Positions 1-14,839 of a stretch of 64,000 nt of DNA are shown piece by piece. Below the pieces are notes generated by a model, which saw only the letters and a list, made by a program, of their open reading frames with translations, searched no databases and was not told the origin of the DNA. Within the stretch, counting starts at the first letter, position 1, and each line of letters starts with the position of its first letter. The position numbers and the translations under genes are program-made. The DNA lies in contig JAQGDQ010000215.1 in the NCBI GenBank assembly GCA_030141605.1, positions 310,001-374,000 of the forward strand, read 5' to 3'. Source of the DNA: Tubiluchus corallicola (lineage: Eukaryota > Animalia > Priapulida).

Positions 1-75
1 TGATGATGATGATGATGATGAAGATGATGATGATGATGATGATGATGACGACGACGACGACGACGATGATGATGA
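1..75. repeat. (GAT)n/(GAC)n microsatellite
   Basis: Directly visible trinucleotide run at the window start. Confidence 0.95.
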
Positions 76-1962
76 TTTTAAAAAACTTGCTTTGTACAAT
101 ATATACACACATATATATATATATATACATGCAAGACGTCTACTTGCACGCTGATAATTCTGCACTGCATCATGATATAAGAGTATATATAAAACACCTG
201 AACACCTAATATATAGATGCAACAAAGTAGACGCTAACCGAAGAAAACACCTATTAGAAAAACCCTGCAGGGGAAAACATAAACAGTGTATATTTTTTGA
301 AAAATAATAAGATGCATTAAATAAAAAGCTCTAGTTAATTTTGCGACGGTTTTATCGTATCAGTTTGTAAAAGGACGTAAAAGGGTTAAATGCATATTAC
401 AATGTAAATTTTAGTTCGCGCACACATGTGTATATATATTTATATACATGTATAACTCAGGCATAATTTATCCTGGTTAAATCGTAAGTTTAGCAAAAGT
501 CTTTGTAAGTAAAGCGTGCATGTAGAAAAGTTTGTCATTTTTAATACTTTCCCAATAGAGTCATCTAAATAATCTCAGTGAACGAATTCTGTTATTACGA
601 ACCTTAATTATTATAAATAATTGCTAAAATGTTTTATAAGCAAGTTTATGGTACATGTATTAAGGACATAATTGAGATGTGGGTAAAGTGCTAGCGAGTC
701 ACGCCCACTCATTACTTACTATTTACCTGTAATACTTCCACATTTCAGAAACGACGGCGATCTAATGTTTGAATTTGTTTGTTATAGCCGAACTTTGAAC
801 TTTATTTGGTTCCATCAGGATGGCGACAGGAAATGTGTAAAATCGTACAAAAGATGGCGCCAGCAAGCAATGGTGTTACAACGTCATTTTCCGCCCTCAC
901 CTATACCCCAGAGCTTTAGATTGTTTGCTAACAAAACGCATGCAAATGTTTTCTGAGTTCTGGTAGCTCAATTTAAAATGGTCTCTCTATATTCTAACGC
1001 TATTGCTTAATCATTCAAATCACATATCTTTTATATTTATATTCATAAACAAATTTATATTCCTTGAAGTTCTTTTGAATCAAACCACCACGATAGAAAC
1101 CTGGTGACTGAGAATTGGTATGTCTTTCAGTTAAACTGGGCAACGGTCTTCTGTTGGCAGTCTCGTGAGGCAATGGAATATACGTGTTGGTGGTTTTTGT
1201 AATGACGTCTGTTGCTGTCTCTAGAAGAGTAGTATGTGCAGGATTGAAAATGTGGAACCCCACTGTTTGAATTCATCTTTGGCAAAGTACATCTCAAAAT
1301 TCTTTTGTTTGAGTTGCTGGTTTTCCTTGTATTTTTGTTGTCTAAAAACAACAAAGAAAAAAGCTTAATGCAAATTATCAATGTTTCTGACAAATAAACA
1401 AACTGGGGATTTTGCACACTTGGCCATCTGACTTTGTTAGTTGCTTATCGTAGACGACAAAAATACACCTAAACGACAGCAATAGTCACACTGCAGCAAC
1501 TTCTTAAAACTAGTTGCCTAGCAGTTTTTGACATATGATACTGAAATTGTAGCTTTTGTTTGTAAATTTCTATTCGACTGTTTTAACAAAATAATGTATT
1601 TATAATTATTTACTACCATAAGAAATGCATATTATCTATCAACTACAGCAATTGCTTATAGTCAGGTTTAAATTAAATATTTATGTCATAAGAATCTATT
1701 TTAAATTTTGTGATGTGTAGCTGTCGTTTATTTTAATATATTAGTTTGTATTTTTTTTATATTTTTGTTACGGCCTCCTATACGTCTCTCTAGATGTTGT
1801 CATGTTTGTTATGCTGTGTTGTTATGTTTTTTGTATGCCAATAAATCTCTAAATTTCTATATCAGAAGACAATTAAATTGTCAGAAATTGTGTAGTTACT
1901 AGTTCAAAGGTTAAAGTAGGCGTTGAGAGGTTAAATCGTTAATTTCGTAATTTTTTTTTGCA

Positions 1963-2493
1963 GTTGGATGCGCCATTGTTGAATTGTTGGATGCACCATT
2001 GTTGTATTGTTGGATGCACCATTGTTGAATTGTTGGATGCGCCATTGTTGAATTGTTGGATGCACCATTGTTGAATTGTTGGATGCACCATTGTTGAATT
2101 GTTGGATGCACCATTGTTGAATTGTTGGATGCACCATTGTTGAATTGTTGGATGCACCATTGTTGAATTGTTGGATGCACCATTGTTGTATTGTTGGATG
2201 CACCATTGTTGAATTGTTGGATGCGCCATTGTTGAATTGTTGGATGCACCATTGTTGTATTGTTGGATGCACCATTGTTGAATTGTTGGATGCACCATTG
2301 TTGAATTGTTGGATGCACCATTGTTGAATTGTTGGATGCACCATTGTTGAATTGTTGGATGCACCATTGTTGAATTGTTGGATGCACCATTGTTGAATTG
2401 TTGGATGCACCATTGTTGAATTGTTGGATGCACCATTGTTGAATTGTTGGATGCACCATTGTTGAATTGTTGGATGCACCATTGTTGAATTGT
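1963..2493. repeat. 23-bp minisatellite, about 23 copies
   Basis: Unit TTGTTGGATGCACCATTGTTGAA in near-perfect tandem. It is stop-free on the minus strand, which explains the three overlapping ORFs. Confidence 0.97.
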
Positions 2494-3367
2494 GAAAAAG
2501 ATGGTCATAAATTTACAGGTTATAAAACGGAACCGTTTCACCTTCTACTAGTTTTCATAGGCCATTTTTAGCAGCTAAATTGAGCGAAAAATCGATTTGT
2601 CTCTTTTCTTGTCTAGCAAAACAAACCTGTTTTTGTAGTATCCTAGTCGTGGAAAACCTAATTATTGTTAGCGCCATCTATTGTCTATATACATAACGAA
2701 TAAACAGAAGTTTTAGGTTTGGAATGTACTACAATTTTCAAACTTTCACGGAGTCAAATTTTCATCAAAGGAATAAAAAGTTCCAAAATAAAACAACGTA
2801 TCAGTAGTACGGCTTTGTTCATTCACATGCACGACTCAGTGCTCACCTCCTGTTTAGCCTAGTGTCTGAAGGCAGTGACTTCGAAGAGACCATTATCAAC
2901 AACGTTAACGAATCCATTAGGTCTTATTACTATAATACACTGTTTAGTATTATCATTACTACAAGGAGTACGTATGCTCAGTTCATGGCCGGGTCTAATT
3001 TCACAAGGTTGCTCTATGTAAGCCGTTATTAAGAGTCTCACGTAGGAATTCTCTTTAGTGTTGATCAATATCGTTAAAGTGGAACGGATGTGACATTTCG
3101 CGTGAGGCATAGGTTTGGCAATAATGAAAGCTGAAAAAGTAACCGTTGGTTTTATTGTAGAAACCTGTCTGATATTCTGATAAGGAAATGAAAACGATTT
3201 TGTATTAAAGGATTATCGATCGTTGAATTATAGTGCTTGCATTAGGTATACCTATTGAAAAAATAGACTGAAGAAAAACTCCCAGGTGCCCACTGATAGG
3301 CCTCAACGTGTGGACATTGGATACCTACTATTTTGTCACAAAATTCGTAACACCCCCACACCCCCAC

Positions 3368-3378
3368 ACGCACACGCA

Positions 3379-3428
<50 letters not shown>

Positions 3429-3451
3429 CTCTCTCTCTCTCTCACACACAC
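3368..3451. repeat. (CA)n(CT)n compound microsatellite
   Basis: Directly visible. Confidence 0.95.
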
Positions 3452-3920
3452 ATATGTAATTAAAATTTTATCCATGAAGCTGCCGTTGTAGCAGATAAAT
3501 TTATTCGGAGTTTCCCGATTGAATTTCACTGGTATTGACGCTTTTATGTTCAGTTTAAAAATAACGTTTTTGCTATTTATGCTTAGTGCTGTCTGTACTT
3601 CATATAATGTACTCATTAATGATGAAATGTGTGCATGTTATAGGCCTATCGTTAACATTAGCCTATTGGCAATCAGTCTACCTGGCATAATTTACGTTAC
3701 TCGCGCGCGTTAGATTTTTTTATTAAAACAATTCGTGACAGCGATAAAACAGTTTCAGCCGGCCAAGGACACATTCCTTGTGTATTTTGGCAGAGATGCG
3801 CTGAAGCACATAGCACAGCAAATACCGACTGCTGTCGAATGCTGCTTGTGAGGCAGCTGACTATTCAATACGAACGCTGTGTACAAATGATTTGCTTTGT
3901 CGTGCATTATGTAATTGTAG

Positions 3921-5225
3921 ACGTATGCGGACAGGCTACACGTATGCAGACAGGCTACACGTATGCCGATAGGCAACACGTATGCCAACAGGCTACACGT
4001 ATACCAACAGACAACACGTATGCCAACAGGCTACACGTATGCCAACTGACAACACGTACGCCAACAGGCAACACGTATACCAACAGGCTGCATGTATGCC
4101 GACAGGCTACACGTATGCCAACAGGCTACACGTATGCCAACAGGCTACACGTATGCCAACAGGCTACACGTATGCCAAACAGGCAACACATATGCCAACA
4201 GGGAACACGTATGCCAACAGGCTACACGTACCCCAACAGGCTACACGTATGCCAACAGACAACACGTACGCCAACAGGCTACACGTACGCCAACAGGCTA
4301 CACGTATGCCGACAGGCTACACGTTGCCGACAGGCTACACGTATGCCAACAGGCTACACGTACGCCAACAGGCTACACGTATGCCAACAGGCTACACATA
4401 CGCCAACAGGCAACACGTACGCCAACAGGCAACACATATGCCAACAGGCAACACTTATGCCAACAGGCTACATGTATGCCAACAGACAACACGTATGCCA
4501 ACAGGCTACACGTATGCCAACAGGCTACACGTATGCCAACAGACAACACGTATGCCAACAGGCTACAAGTATGCCAACAGACAACACGTATGCCAACAGG
4601 CAACACGTATGCCAACAGGCAACACGTATGCCAACAGGCAACACTTATGCCAACAGGCTACACGTACCCCAACAGGCTACACGTATGCCAACAGACAACA
4701 CGTATGCCAACAGGCTACACGTATGCCAACAGACAACACGTACGCCAACAGACAACACGTATGCCAACAGACAACACGTATGCCAACAGGCTACACGCAT
4801 GCCAACAGATAATACGTATGCCAACAGGCTACACGTACGCCAACAGGCTACACGTATATACACATACGCCAACAGGCTACACGTACGCCGACAGGCTACA
4901 CGTATGCCAACTGACAACACATACGCCAACAGGCTACACGTACGCCAACAGGCTACACGTACGCCAACAGGCTACACATACACCAACAGGCTACACGTAT
5001 GCCAACAGGCTACACATATGCCAACAGGCTACACATATGCCAACAGGCTACACGTACGCCAACAGGTACACGTACGCCGACAGGCTACACATATGCCAAC
5101 AGGCTACACGTATGCCAACAGGCTACACATATGCCAACAGGCTACACGTATGCCAACAGGCTACACATATGCCAACAGGCTGCACGTATGCCGACAGGCT
5201 ACACATATGCCAACAGGCTACATGT
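3921..5225. repeat. 19-bp minisatellite, about 68 copies
   Basis: Unit CAGGCTACACGTATGCCAA with variants. The 19-aa periodicity in all three + frames equals 3x19 bp. Confidence 0.97.
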
Positions 5226-6613
5226 CAAAGGCTTTTGTAAATGTGATGTGATCCGTAAAATGTAGCGTAATGTAATAGCATCTGTGATCACATTGATCAC
5301 TATCATTTCATGTCATTTATTTTTACCAAATGCCACTCATAAAAGAACTTCTCTGGTTATCTGTGTATGATCATTTGCTTAGCTACATTCTTAACACTAA
5401 TAGCAGGTCGAATTAACTAACACTGATAGCTAAGACCTTTAAAAGGAGCAGGCTTCAATGTCTCAAAACAATACACCCATGTTTACACGATACACACCTG
5501 GCGCGATTTCCATCATTATAGCTGCTCAGTGTGGAACTCCCTTTGCGAATTTGCTCGCAATACTGAAGCCAGTGAGGATTTATGCAGCTCCCTACCTGCT
5601 GATTAGTGCATTCGTGTGAAACCTTAGCTGAACGTAGCTTAAGCAATTTCACAACGTCGTCATTACTGCTCTGTTCTTAGCGGCTTACCTAGAAACATTT
5701 GACAATTGTTTCTGCAACGAAGCACTAGTATTCTGAACAGCAAGTAAAAGTAAGTACAATAGATTATATATTATTATTATATATTATATATAACTAATGA
5801 CTATGTACTGTGGGCGCAAACAAGAGAAAAAGTATTTTTGTTACGTGATTTTAGTGTAGTGAAAAATATTGTTCCTTTCCAATATAAAGATGGAGTGATT
5901 TTTTTTCCATAAAAGTAAACTGCAATTCTGTCGTTCTTTTTTCTTCGCATGTTTTGCGATACACACTAAGAGGAGCATGCGCGCATTATTGGTGGTGCTA
6001 CGAGTTCGAGTTCGCGCTGCCCAGTTGAACACAAATTGCAATTTCGCATCAAGGAAGGTGAGATGGGGTGTTTGTAGAAGAGCTGATCTTGAATTGTTAA
6101 ATAAACATCATAGTAACTATGATATTAATCTAATGGAATTTGGGTCCCTTGGGCCACAACAATGGCACTAGCAACAGCAGCAGCAGCAACAACAACAGTA
6201 ATATTTCTTGAACTCGAGAAAACTCACAGAAGACAATACATGTGGCAAATTTCATTCGATTTAAAATCATCGATTTTCCAGATATTCTCTGCGATAATGT
6301 AATATCCACTTTTAAACCTTAACCTTTGGTTCTTGAGTTGACGTAGATTATGTAGCAGTCGTAAGAAGTTCGGTGGACAATTTGCCTGCTTTAGTTTTAT
6401 TTTTATCATTCGTTTTCAGATATTTCACAGTTGGGAAAAGATCAAAAATTCTCTGTATTCTTGATTTTTGTTCTTCCAACCACAGAAGGTTGTATAATCG
6501 AAGTCAATTTTTGTTTTATTTCCATCATTATTTTCGCAGAAATGTTCTTTTATGTTTTGCATCAACAAAAAGTCGCGCAAGATGTTCTTTTAATATTTTT
6601 TCATGCTTCGATT

Positions 6614-7106
<493 letters not shown>

Positions 7107-8076
7107 TTGACTATAATTTTATAGACTAATACACTATAACAATGGGTAGCTAGAAAAATAAATATGGTTTAATTTTGGGACGTTACCAAAATGTGGAATT
7201 CTAGAATAGACAAAGAGAAAAATGCGCAATACAGTTAAATCAACAAATCTATACCTTTACAGTACTATCATACAAAATACAGCGCTATACATAACAAACT
7301 TGAGGATGATCTCCATTGGATTGGTTGAACCTTATGGATGATTAATTGGAGGGTGAGTCAACGGCATTTTACCAATTGGTGAAAGCTCGATTTTTATGAA
7401 ACGTATTCCAGGTACCCCTTTTCTTGTCCTTTAAAGAAATCGAGCATTTCCTTAACAACACATGAAAATAGGGATTACAAGATTTACTGTCACTTCTCTT
7501 GCACTACAACGATAAGGCAGAGAAACCAATTTCATTATATATTTGTCATACGTAATTTTAAATTCATTAAATGTAAATGCAAAAGAACTTTCTCCACAGA
7601 GTCTCCCCATAAACACTTGAATAATAAGTCTTATAGAGAAAAGTTTTGACTTTTAAACTACAGCGAATGAAATTTCTTATAAGAATATTAGCTCAAGCTG
7701 CTAGCATACATATCTATCGTCTAACATCATTATTATCACTGCCAGATATGTTAGTAATGTCCCAGATATTTTTCTGTAAAGACAGATGTAGTGCAAACAA
7801 CCAATAGGAATTTTGGCCATACTAAAGGGTTCAATACTCAGCAATTTAGTTTTGTCAGTGTTCATGATGACATCAAGGTCGGAAGCAAAACATTGATAAA
7901 TATCAGTTGGACTTTGCATGGAACTAATTGTACTAGTCACAGAGCATACATCTGTGCATACATAAGATGATTAAGAATATGCCCATTTATCCTACAGCCA
8001 TACCCTAAGATCATTAAAGCATTTGTTGAAAAACCATGTTCATAAAATCCCACCCTGACAGATACCATTATGGACA

Positions 8077-8135
8077 TGTGTGTGTGTGTGTGTGTTTGTG
8101 CGTGTGCGTGTGCGTGTGCGTGCGTGCGTGCGTGC

Positions 8136-8218
<83 letters not shown>
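8077..8218. repeat. (GT)n/(GCGT)n microsatellite
   Basis: Directly visible. Confidence 0.95.
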
Positions 8219-8220
<2 letters not shown>

Positions 8221-8788
8221 GTATCATTATTTTTGTACGAAACTCTTATTTTTTTAAATCGGTAATCATTTTTCGAGTGTCGTTGATTTTTTGGTCATTT
8301 CATACACCTACGTGCAAGTATGCATAGAGGTAATGAAGTTAATGTATCGCGTGAGATGAGGCAGCTGGAGTAAGAGGTCTTAATGCCTGCACTAAGGCTC
8401 TTATTGCCTTCAATGGGAAGTTGGTTGTACTTGCATGTATGTATGTGAGCAATCGATAAGGCGTTATTAAGCCGTGTTCATGATTAGATAAAATTCTAAC
8501 AATAGCTTCTGCGATGTTGAAATTAAAATTGTCGTCGTCACGAGTGGGATTTTCTGTGAAGTAATTTCTGTTTACAAGAAAAATGCAGGTGATTAATTCA
8601 TGAACTTCGTATTTCTTTACGCTTGCAGAAATGCTGAGTTCAATGCGAATATTTTCAGTAGAATTTTTATTTGTAAGTCTCTCTGATGTTAAAAATTTAT
8701 CACTTTACGTAATGCGTTTTTTGTCTAAAAAATTTGCTGTTTGTTTCGAAATCTGGTAATTCGAATTAAGGTGTGTTTAATTTGATTG

Positions 8789-8965
<177 letters not shown>

Positions 8966-9832
8966 CTTTCTTTTACATTTTCTTTCTTTCAGATGGTTTG
9001 ATTTCAAAACTACAATAATTTTTTATTCATTCATCATTAATAAATAATCTTCAAATGAAGATTATAAATAATTTGTTTACCAAGTGAAAGCTTGGACGTC
9101 CCTTATCCGCAAAAGAAGGCATTATAGAAAAAAAGACGCAGAAAATGTCTTTACTCTGCATAGCGTAATTAGCCTGATTCGTATCACTCCCTTGGCACGT
9201 TATTATTCGTTTAGCCTTATTAGATCTTCTTTCTGTTGCGTCAGTTCTTAGTTCTTAGCAATAAGTGTCGTGTAAAATGTAATCAAGGCAAAGGTAAGTC
9301 ATTTATCGATACTCTGTTACTGTTTGAATGGAAGTGTTTGTTTGTTTGTTTCAGTCACGTTTTCCTAGTTAATCAATCTTAATTTTCTTTTATTTTCTAG
9401 GAAATAGTGCGTTGACGAAAAGCAGTCGATCGTTATCTTAACTGGATCTACCCACTCAGGCTGCAGGAATCTTCTGTAAAGGCAGCGAGCAAGAAAAATA
9501 AACTAAAGATTCATCGTCCCATTAAGAACGAACTACATGCCGATTTAAAAAGCTGATGAGCCTGACTCTGCGCAAAATGAAAATGTAACAACAGAAAGCC
9601 TTGCACTAAATTTGTTCAAAGACAAAATGAACAAAGCGTTGTAAGCAGGAGGCAAGGATTGTTATGCATGATGCTGAAGAATACAATGAAAAAACAATGA
9701 AAAAACAATGAAAACAATGAAAAACACAATGAGAGACCACAGTTGTGAAGAGTCTTCGATTACAAGAGTTGAATTAGTGAGTATTTCGACGAAAGTGTCG
9801 ATTGAGGCCCAGTAGTTTAAGAGGTGTTCCTT

Positions 9833-10792
9833 ATGAACCCAGTAGAAGATAATCACGCTGACATGCAGACCCTCAAAACATCCACTGGGTCGCTTGTAGA
9901 CCAGATCTACCAGTCCATCCTCTGTATAGAGATCACAGCGGTCATCTTCTTCAACACTTTGGTCATCATCTGTGTCCGGCGGTTTCTTCCACTGCAGACA
10001 ACATGCAACAAGTTTGTCTTCAGCATCGCTGTCGCCGACATCACCATGGCTGTCAGCGTTGCTGTCGCCATAGCTTTCGATAACATAACATGGTCCAACA
10101 AGGGAGGAGTCTATCATCACGTGATGTGCTATTTCCGCACTGGACCACCAATGGTCACTACTATTGTTGTTGTCATGACTTTGCTGGCCATAGGAGTTGA
10201 CAGACATTTTGCTATGTCCAGTCAGGCTAGGTACAACGCAGTAATACAAACGGACCGGGTTAACTGGTTTATTGGACTCTCTTGGACCTACTCAATTCTA
10301 CTGTACTTTATTCCCGCTTCTACAACAACTGATTCTAGTTCTAAGTGTTTCTTCGAATCGTTCTTAAACAAATTCCACGTGTTCGCGTTTTCTTTGCACT
10401 TTGTTTTAATCAGTGTGTTAACTTGCATCTTCTACGCACGGATTCTCCTGATGGCTGGTAGGAAAGTCCAAGACGTGAATCAACTACCTACGATTCACAC
10501 CAGAAACACGGTGAACACAGATGATAAGGATAGAATCCAGCAAGCTAAGCAGCTTGCCAGGCTGTTTGCCATGATTCTCGGGGTTACAGTCGTCTTCACT
10601 TTGCCAGTGGTCATTCTTTATCCCGTCCTTGCGTTTTCGGACAAAAATAGTGATTCCCACTACCGAGGTTTTACCATTTTCACCGAATTTCTTTTGTTTA
10701 GCAAATGTCTGATGAATCCCGCCCTCTATTACTGGAAGTACCACGATTTTAGCATTGCATTTAAGAAACTCTTGACAATTAAAGGCAGTTAA
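9833..10792 (+). CDS. Intronless rhodopsin-like (class A) GPCR, orphan, about 319 aa
   Basis: First ATG at 9833, TAA at 10790-10792. Seven hydrophobic segments. TM1 FFNTLVI (Asn), TM2 SIAVADI (LAxAD-like), TM3 Cys plus AIGVDRHFAM (DRY-like), TM4 Trp (LSWTYS), ECL2 Cys (SKCFF), TM6 FTLP, TM7 NPALYY (NPxxY), helix 8 DFSIAFKKLL. Possible 5'UTR intron 9294-9400 (AAG|GTAAGT...TTTTCTAG). Confidence 0.92.
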   Translation: MNPVEDNHADMQTLKTSTGSLVDQIYQSILCIEITAVIFFNTLVIICVRRFLPLQTTCNKFVFSIAVADITMAVSVAVAIAFDNITWSNKGGVYHHVMCYFRTGPPMVTTIVVVMTLLAIGVDRHFAMSSQARYNAVIQTDRVNWFIGLSWTYSILLYFIPASTTTDSSSKCFFESFLNKFHVFAFSLHFVLISVLTCIFYARILLMAGRKVQDVNQLPTIHTRNTVNTDDKDRIQQAKQLARLFAMILGVTVVFTLPVVILYPVLAFSDKNSDSHYRGFTIFTEFLLFSKCLMNPALYYWKYHDFSIAFKKLLTIKGS

Positions 10793-11083
10793 ATTTCAGT
10801 ATTAGTGCTAGTGGTATTTAAACTAGTTGTATGCTTACATAAAAAAGGGGCTATATGATTGGCTACTGGGTGAAGGAACAAGATTTCAAAAATTTACAAC
10901 CGTCTACCACGGTATCAATGTGGATCAATTCACCAACCCAACCTCTGAACGGCAAGACGCAAGCTACAATATTACTACAAAAATAGAAAAATTGAATGCT
11001 GGTAGACTTGTTCAAGGTGCAACAAATTTGTTTTGGTTATTTTTGATGATGATGTAAGTATTTGTTGTCAGGCCTTTGTACAA

Positions 11084-11612
11084 AGGAAAGAGCAAGTCAC
11101 CAAGCACGTTGGGTTTATTTTACTGTTAATACTAAAATTAAGAAAAATGCAACAAAGAAATTTGCAAAGAACTGCCTATAAAGCATAAATTTAAAATATA
11201 CTGCTTCTGAAATAGAAATTTTCAGGCGTGGTGGTTCATTCACCCATTCATGCCGCCATCCACTAGGAAATCTTGACGTAACTGGGAGACTTCGTGAATT
11301 TTCGTAGCTGGTCGTGGCTTTCCGTAAGCGCGCTGCTTAGACTAATTCAAACTTCTGCAGCTTACAAAATTAGCTATTCAATTTTTTGAAAAATTTATTA
11401 TACTTTTGACGAATTGGCGCTACTTTTCTTCAGGACGAATGACGTCATTGGAAGAAGAATGGACATTGAAAATGGGAGCGCCCAAGCACGAAGTGATCGC
11501 GATTTTATACTAGTTACACGAGGCGCTTATTGCAGTTTTATTGCTAAATCCTTCTAACATTTTTCGCGAACATTGAAATAAGACTAACCTCCTGGAAAGC
11601 TTGACCTTTCCT
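11084..11612. mobile_element. Non-autonomous TIR element, Kolobok-like family A, copy 1
   Basis: Ends AGGAAAGAGCAAGT...GCTTGACCTTTCCT followed by TTAA. Homologous to 20121-20506 and partly to about 49150-49333. Confidence 0.7.
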
Positions 11613-11689
11613 TTAAAGCAAAAATCTGTTACAAACATGACATGATATGTCTGACGTCATCATTTGCGTACAGCTCAGATATCGTGTTT

Positions 11690-12070
11690 ACGAATTTTTC
11701 ATGGTGGTTTTTGAATACAAATTTTTATGGTAACTTTTGAATACAAATTTTTCGTAGCGGATTTTGAATACAAATTTTTCATGATAGCTTTTGAATACAA
11801 ATTTTTCGTGGTAGCTTTTGAATACTAAATCTTCACGGTGGCTTTTGAACACAAATTTTTCATGACAGTTTTTGAATACAAATTTTTCATGATAGCTTTT
11901 GAATACAAATTTTTCATGAATTTTGAATACAAATTTTTCATGATAGCTCTTGAATACTAAATCTTCATGGTGGCTTTTGAACACAAATTTTTCATGACAG
12001 CTTTTGAATACTAATTTTTCATGATGGCTTTTGAATGCAAATTCTTCATAGTAGCTTTTGAATACTAATT
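11690..12070. repeat. 27-bp degenerate minisatellite
   Basis: Unit approximately TTTTGAATACAAATTTTTCATGATAGC, giving the FVFKSYHEK periodicity in the minus ORF. Confidence 0.9.
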
Positions 12071-12423
12071 TGTTATGTTGTCGGAATAAAAAGTGTTTTT
12101 TCTTCGGAAATATAAAGCCCTTTTCTTGATTTAATGCATGCATTTATTATTTAGGTATAATTACCGTCAGTTTATCAAAAAGAAATGTCTTGGGAGTAGT
12201 ATAGCGGATACCAGCAAGGATAGGTAAGGAGTGGCTAGACAAAGTGTATTGATGTAAATATTACAAAACACTTTGTGAAAGTCAGTGTGCTTGTGAATTT
12301 TTTCACTTTAGATGCTGTTTGACTTTTGATATCTTCAGAATAATCTCTGCCTGCTATCTGCGAAGATCATTCACGAAAGTCGTCCTCCCACTCGTTACGA
12401 TGATAATGATGATGATCATCATC

Positions 12424-12667
12424 GTAATAATAATCTTTATTTAGACAGCTTTTAGGATGAACAATTAACACCAGCTCCAAAGAGCTGTAAATAGCAAACT
12501 ACAACTACGTAACAGAGGCTATATTACCCCAATTTTATCCTAAATACCACGCGCCAGGCAGGGCAACAGCACGTACCATTTTTAAAGTCTTTAGTATTTC
12601 CCGACCGCTGTATTGATCTCACGATCTCCAAGATGGAAAGCGAACGCGTTACCACTAGACTAAGCCG
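12424..12667 (-). mobile_element. tRNA-derived SINE
   Basis: Minus strand: A-box-like TAGTCTAGTGGTAA and degenerate B box, then CTAAAGACTTTAAAAATGGTACGTGCTGTTGCCCTGCCTGGCGC, which resembles the conserved central domain of widespread metazoan SINEs (MetaSINE-type, from memory). Ends in AATAAA/ATT repeats. Confidence 0.65.
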
Positions 12668-13847
12668 TTTGTGGTCTGACTGATCTAGTCTGGTCTGATT
12701 CACAACCTTTTCTTAGTCTGTAAAACACGAGTTTCAGAAGAATTTAGGAAACACTAGCAAATGTGTAGGGCAGATTTGAATTTGAGATTGGCTCCTTTTT
12801 CGGGCATACCATTCGTAGCTTCTTTTAGCACTGTTTTAAATAATTAGAATATATTATTAGTTAGAATAGATAACTAGAATACTGACTGTGTTTTTGTTAC
12901 TCGCCCACTAATATGATTATCTCGCAGAAGGTGATGATTGCATTAGTAATTTATGACCAAATTCATGAATTGTATCACATTTTTGTATTAACAAAAACTG
13001 ATTATCGATGCGCACGTAATGTATATGTATATGTTTATTGCGAAATAAATCTATTAAATCTAAAATCTAAAATCTAATCTAATCAAACCTGGGAACGTGC
13101 CGACCTTCTAGTCACTAGTAATTTATGACCAAAGCTGAGAATGTGTCGACCTTCTAGTATTGCGCATTATCTCTTGATAATGGACGAGTGAACTTCTATA
13201 CGAACTCACTCACAGAACAGTTTATTATCTCAGAACAGAAGTCATTACGAGTACCGAGTATTTAGAAAATGTTGACAATGACACGTTCATAGCTTGTATT
13301 ATAAATAGAGTCCTATGTGTAATTTCCTGTAAATAGTGAATTTTTATCTCAAAACTTGCCTAGTTTTAGTACAACACACTGATATCTTACAGTAGCACTG
13401 TAAATCAATTTTCGCTTTCGCAAACACGTGCAACACGCTTGTGGAATATTTTTGCTATTGAAAATTGTTAGTTTGTGATGTCATCAATAGTTGGGCTTGT
13501 CCGCATTTAATTAAGATTTTAATCTAATATTTAATTATGAGAAACGCTTTTACAGTATTAATTGTGTTAAAATGTATACTTTTTATCGGACTTGAAAATG
13601 GGGTACTACGCGAAGAATCATTATGTATTCCTTTAATCCCTCGTGGGTTCCACACAGTAACGCTCTGTGTTGGAAGCCATACAGGATTCACGGAAAGAAG
13701 TCACGTAGTAGCCATTAATTGTGCTTGAGATGATGTTTATTGCTGGCTTATTGGCTTTTTCATACAGTAATAATGCACTGCTTAAACACTTCAATGTTAT
13801 TTTTGGTGGACTGGTTAAAAGAGAGCAATGATCAAAGCAACACTGAA

Positions 13848-13984
13848 CAGTTCAACCATCATGGATGTCTAAGCAAGAAAATTTTGATTCCACTCCATAT
13901 CTTTGCCGTCAACACTGAACAGTTCAACCATCATGGATGTCTAAGCATGAACATTTTGATTCCACTCCGTATCTTTGCTGTCAA
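13848..13984. repeat. Tandem duplication of about 72 bp (2 copies)
   Basis: CAACACTGAACAGTTCAACCATCATGGATGTCTAAGCA...TATCTTTGC occurs twice. Confidence 0.85.
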
Positions 13985-14233
13985 ATATTTCGAGGAGATC
14001 CTCGTGGTTTCTTGTGGAGTTCCACGACTAAAAATATGTCTTCATGGACACCCAAGCTACGCGAAATTTGTTTCACTACGGCCAAATTATTTAATGCACA
14101 AACCGACTTAAAACAGAATATCGTTGCTCTGCTTGTCCATAGGAATGTTTAAATATTGTTTGTAAATAAGCTGATAATCATGGAAAGACCGAAAGTTCTT
14201 ACGTAAAATGAAATCATTGTTCATCGCCGTAGT

Positions 14234-14839
14234 CAGTGCTGGCATTAACCATCAGGCAAGAAAGGCACGTGCCTTAGGGGCAACCAAAAATCCGGGCCAC
14301 AAAAAAAGAAATTAAAAATTTTTAATAAGGTCTCAGGTGATGACAAAAATGTTTTCTTTTATTTTTATGTACATAAATGTTTAGTATTTTATGTTGTGGC
14401 CTTTGCGACAACGAATGAATAGGACGCTATTCAGGCAGGAATGTTGATCAGAAATTTTGTCTTAACATGGATAACACCATTTTCTCTGTTGTCAACAACG
14501 TGATTATTGCATTTCACTTTTTGAGCTAAAGCTTTGCTACAGTGTCGCTTTGTTTTCTTTAAGACCTTAATCTATTATTGGTTTCTTTTAAAGGAATACG
14601 TTCTACTGTTCTACAGTTTACAGCAAAAGCGTGCAAAGTTGTAATCTAGCTCGCTATATGTACCAATAGTAATTACTGTAAACAATGAAAATATATTTGT
14701 TGTTCTAAATTTTTGCATAATAAATTTTCTGTACTAAGTTAAACTTTTTCCTTTTGCCGCTAAGCCCAAATTATCTGTATTTTCAGGCCGCTTAATAAAA
14801 TGTGACTTAAGACTAGCAGAGCCCTAATCCCGGCACCTG
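14234..14839. mobile_element. hAT-like MITE
   Basis: Imperfect TIRs CAGTGCTGGCATTA / TAATCCCGGCACCTG. Flanks GCCGTAGT and (G)GCGTAGT form a near-perfect 8-bp TSD. Confidence 0.6.

Noticed and set aside
1015-1417. Two overlapping minus-strand ORFs as a gene or transposon fragment
   Set aside because: No recognisable motif or consistent exon structure.
1911-5265. Long ORFs (182-470 aa) in several frames
   Set aside because: They are translations of 23-bp and 19-bp stop-free tandem units. The same peptide appears in all three frames and there is no domain or splice context.
9662-10249. 195-aa minus-strand ORF
   Set aside because: Antisense shadow of the GPCR coding sequence with no recognisable motifs.
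12890-13390. Solo LTR (TGTTA...TTACA)
   Set aside because: No matching target-site duplication and no second copy in the window.
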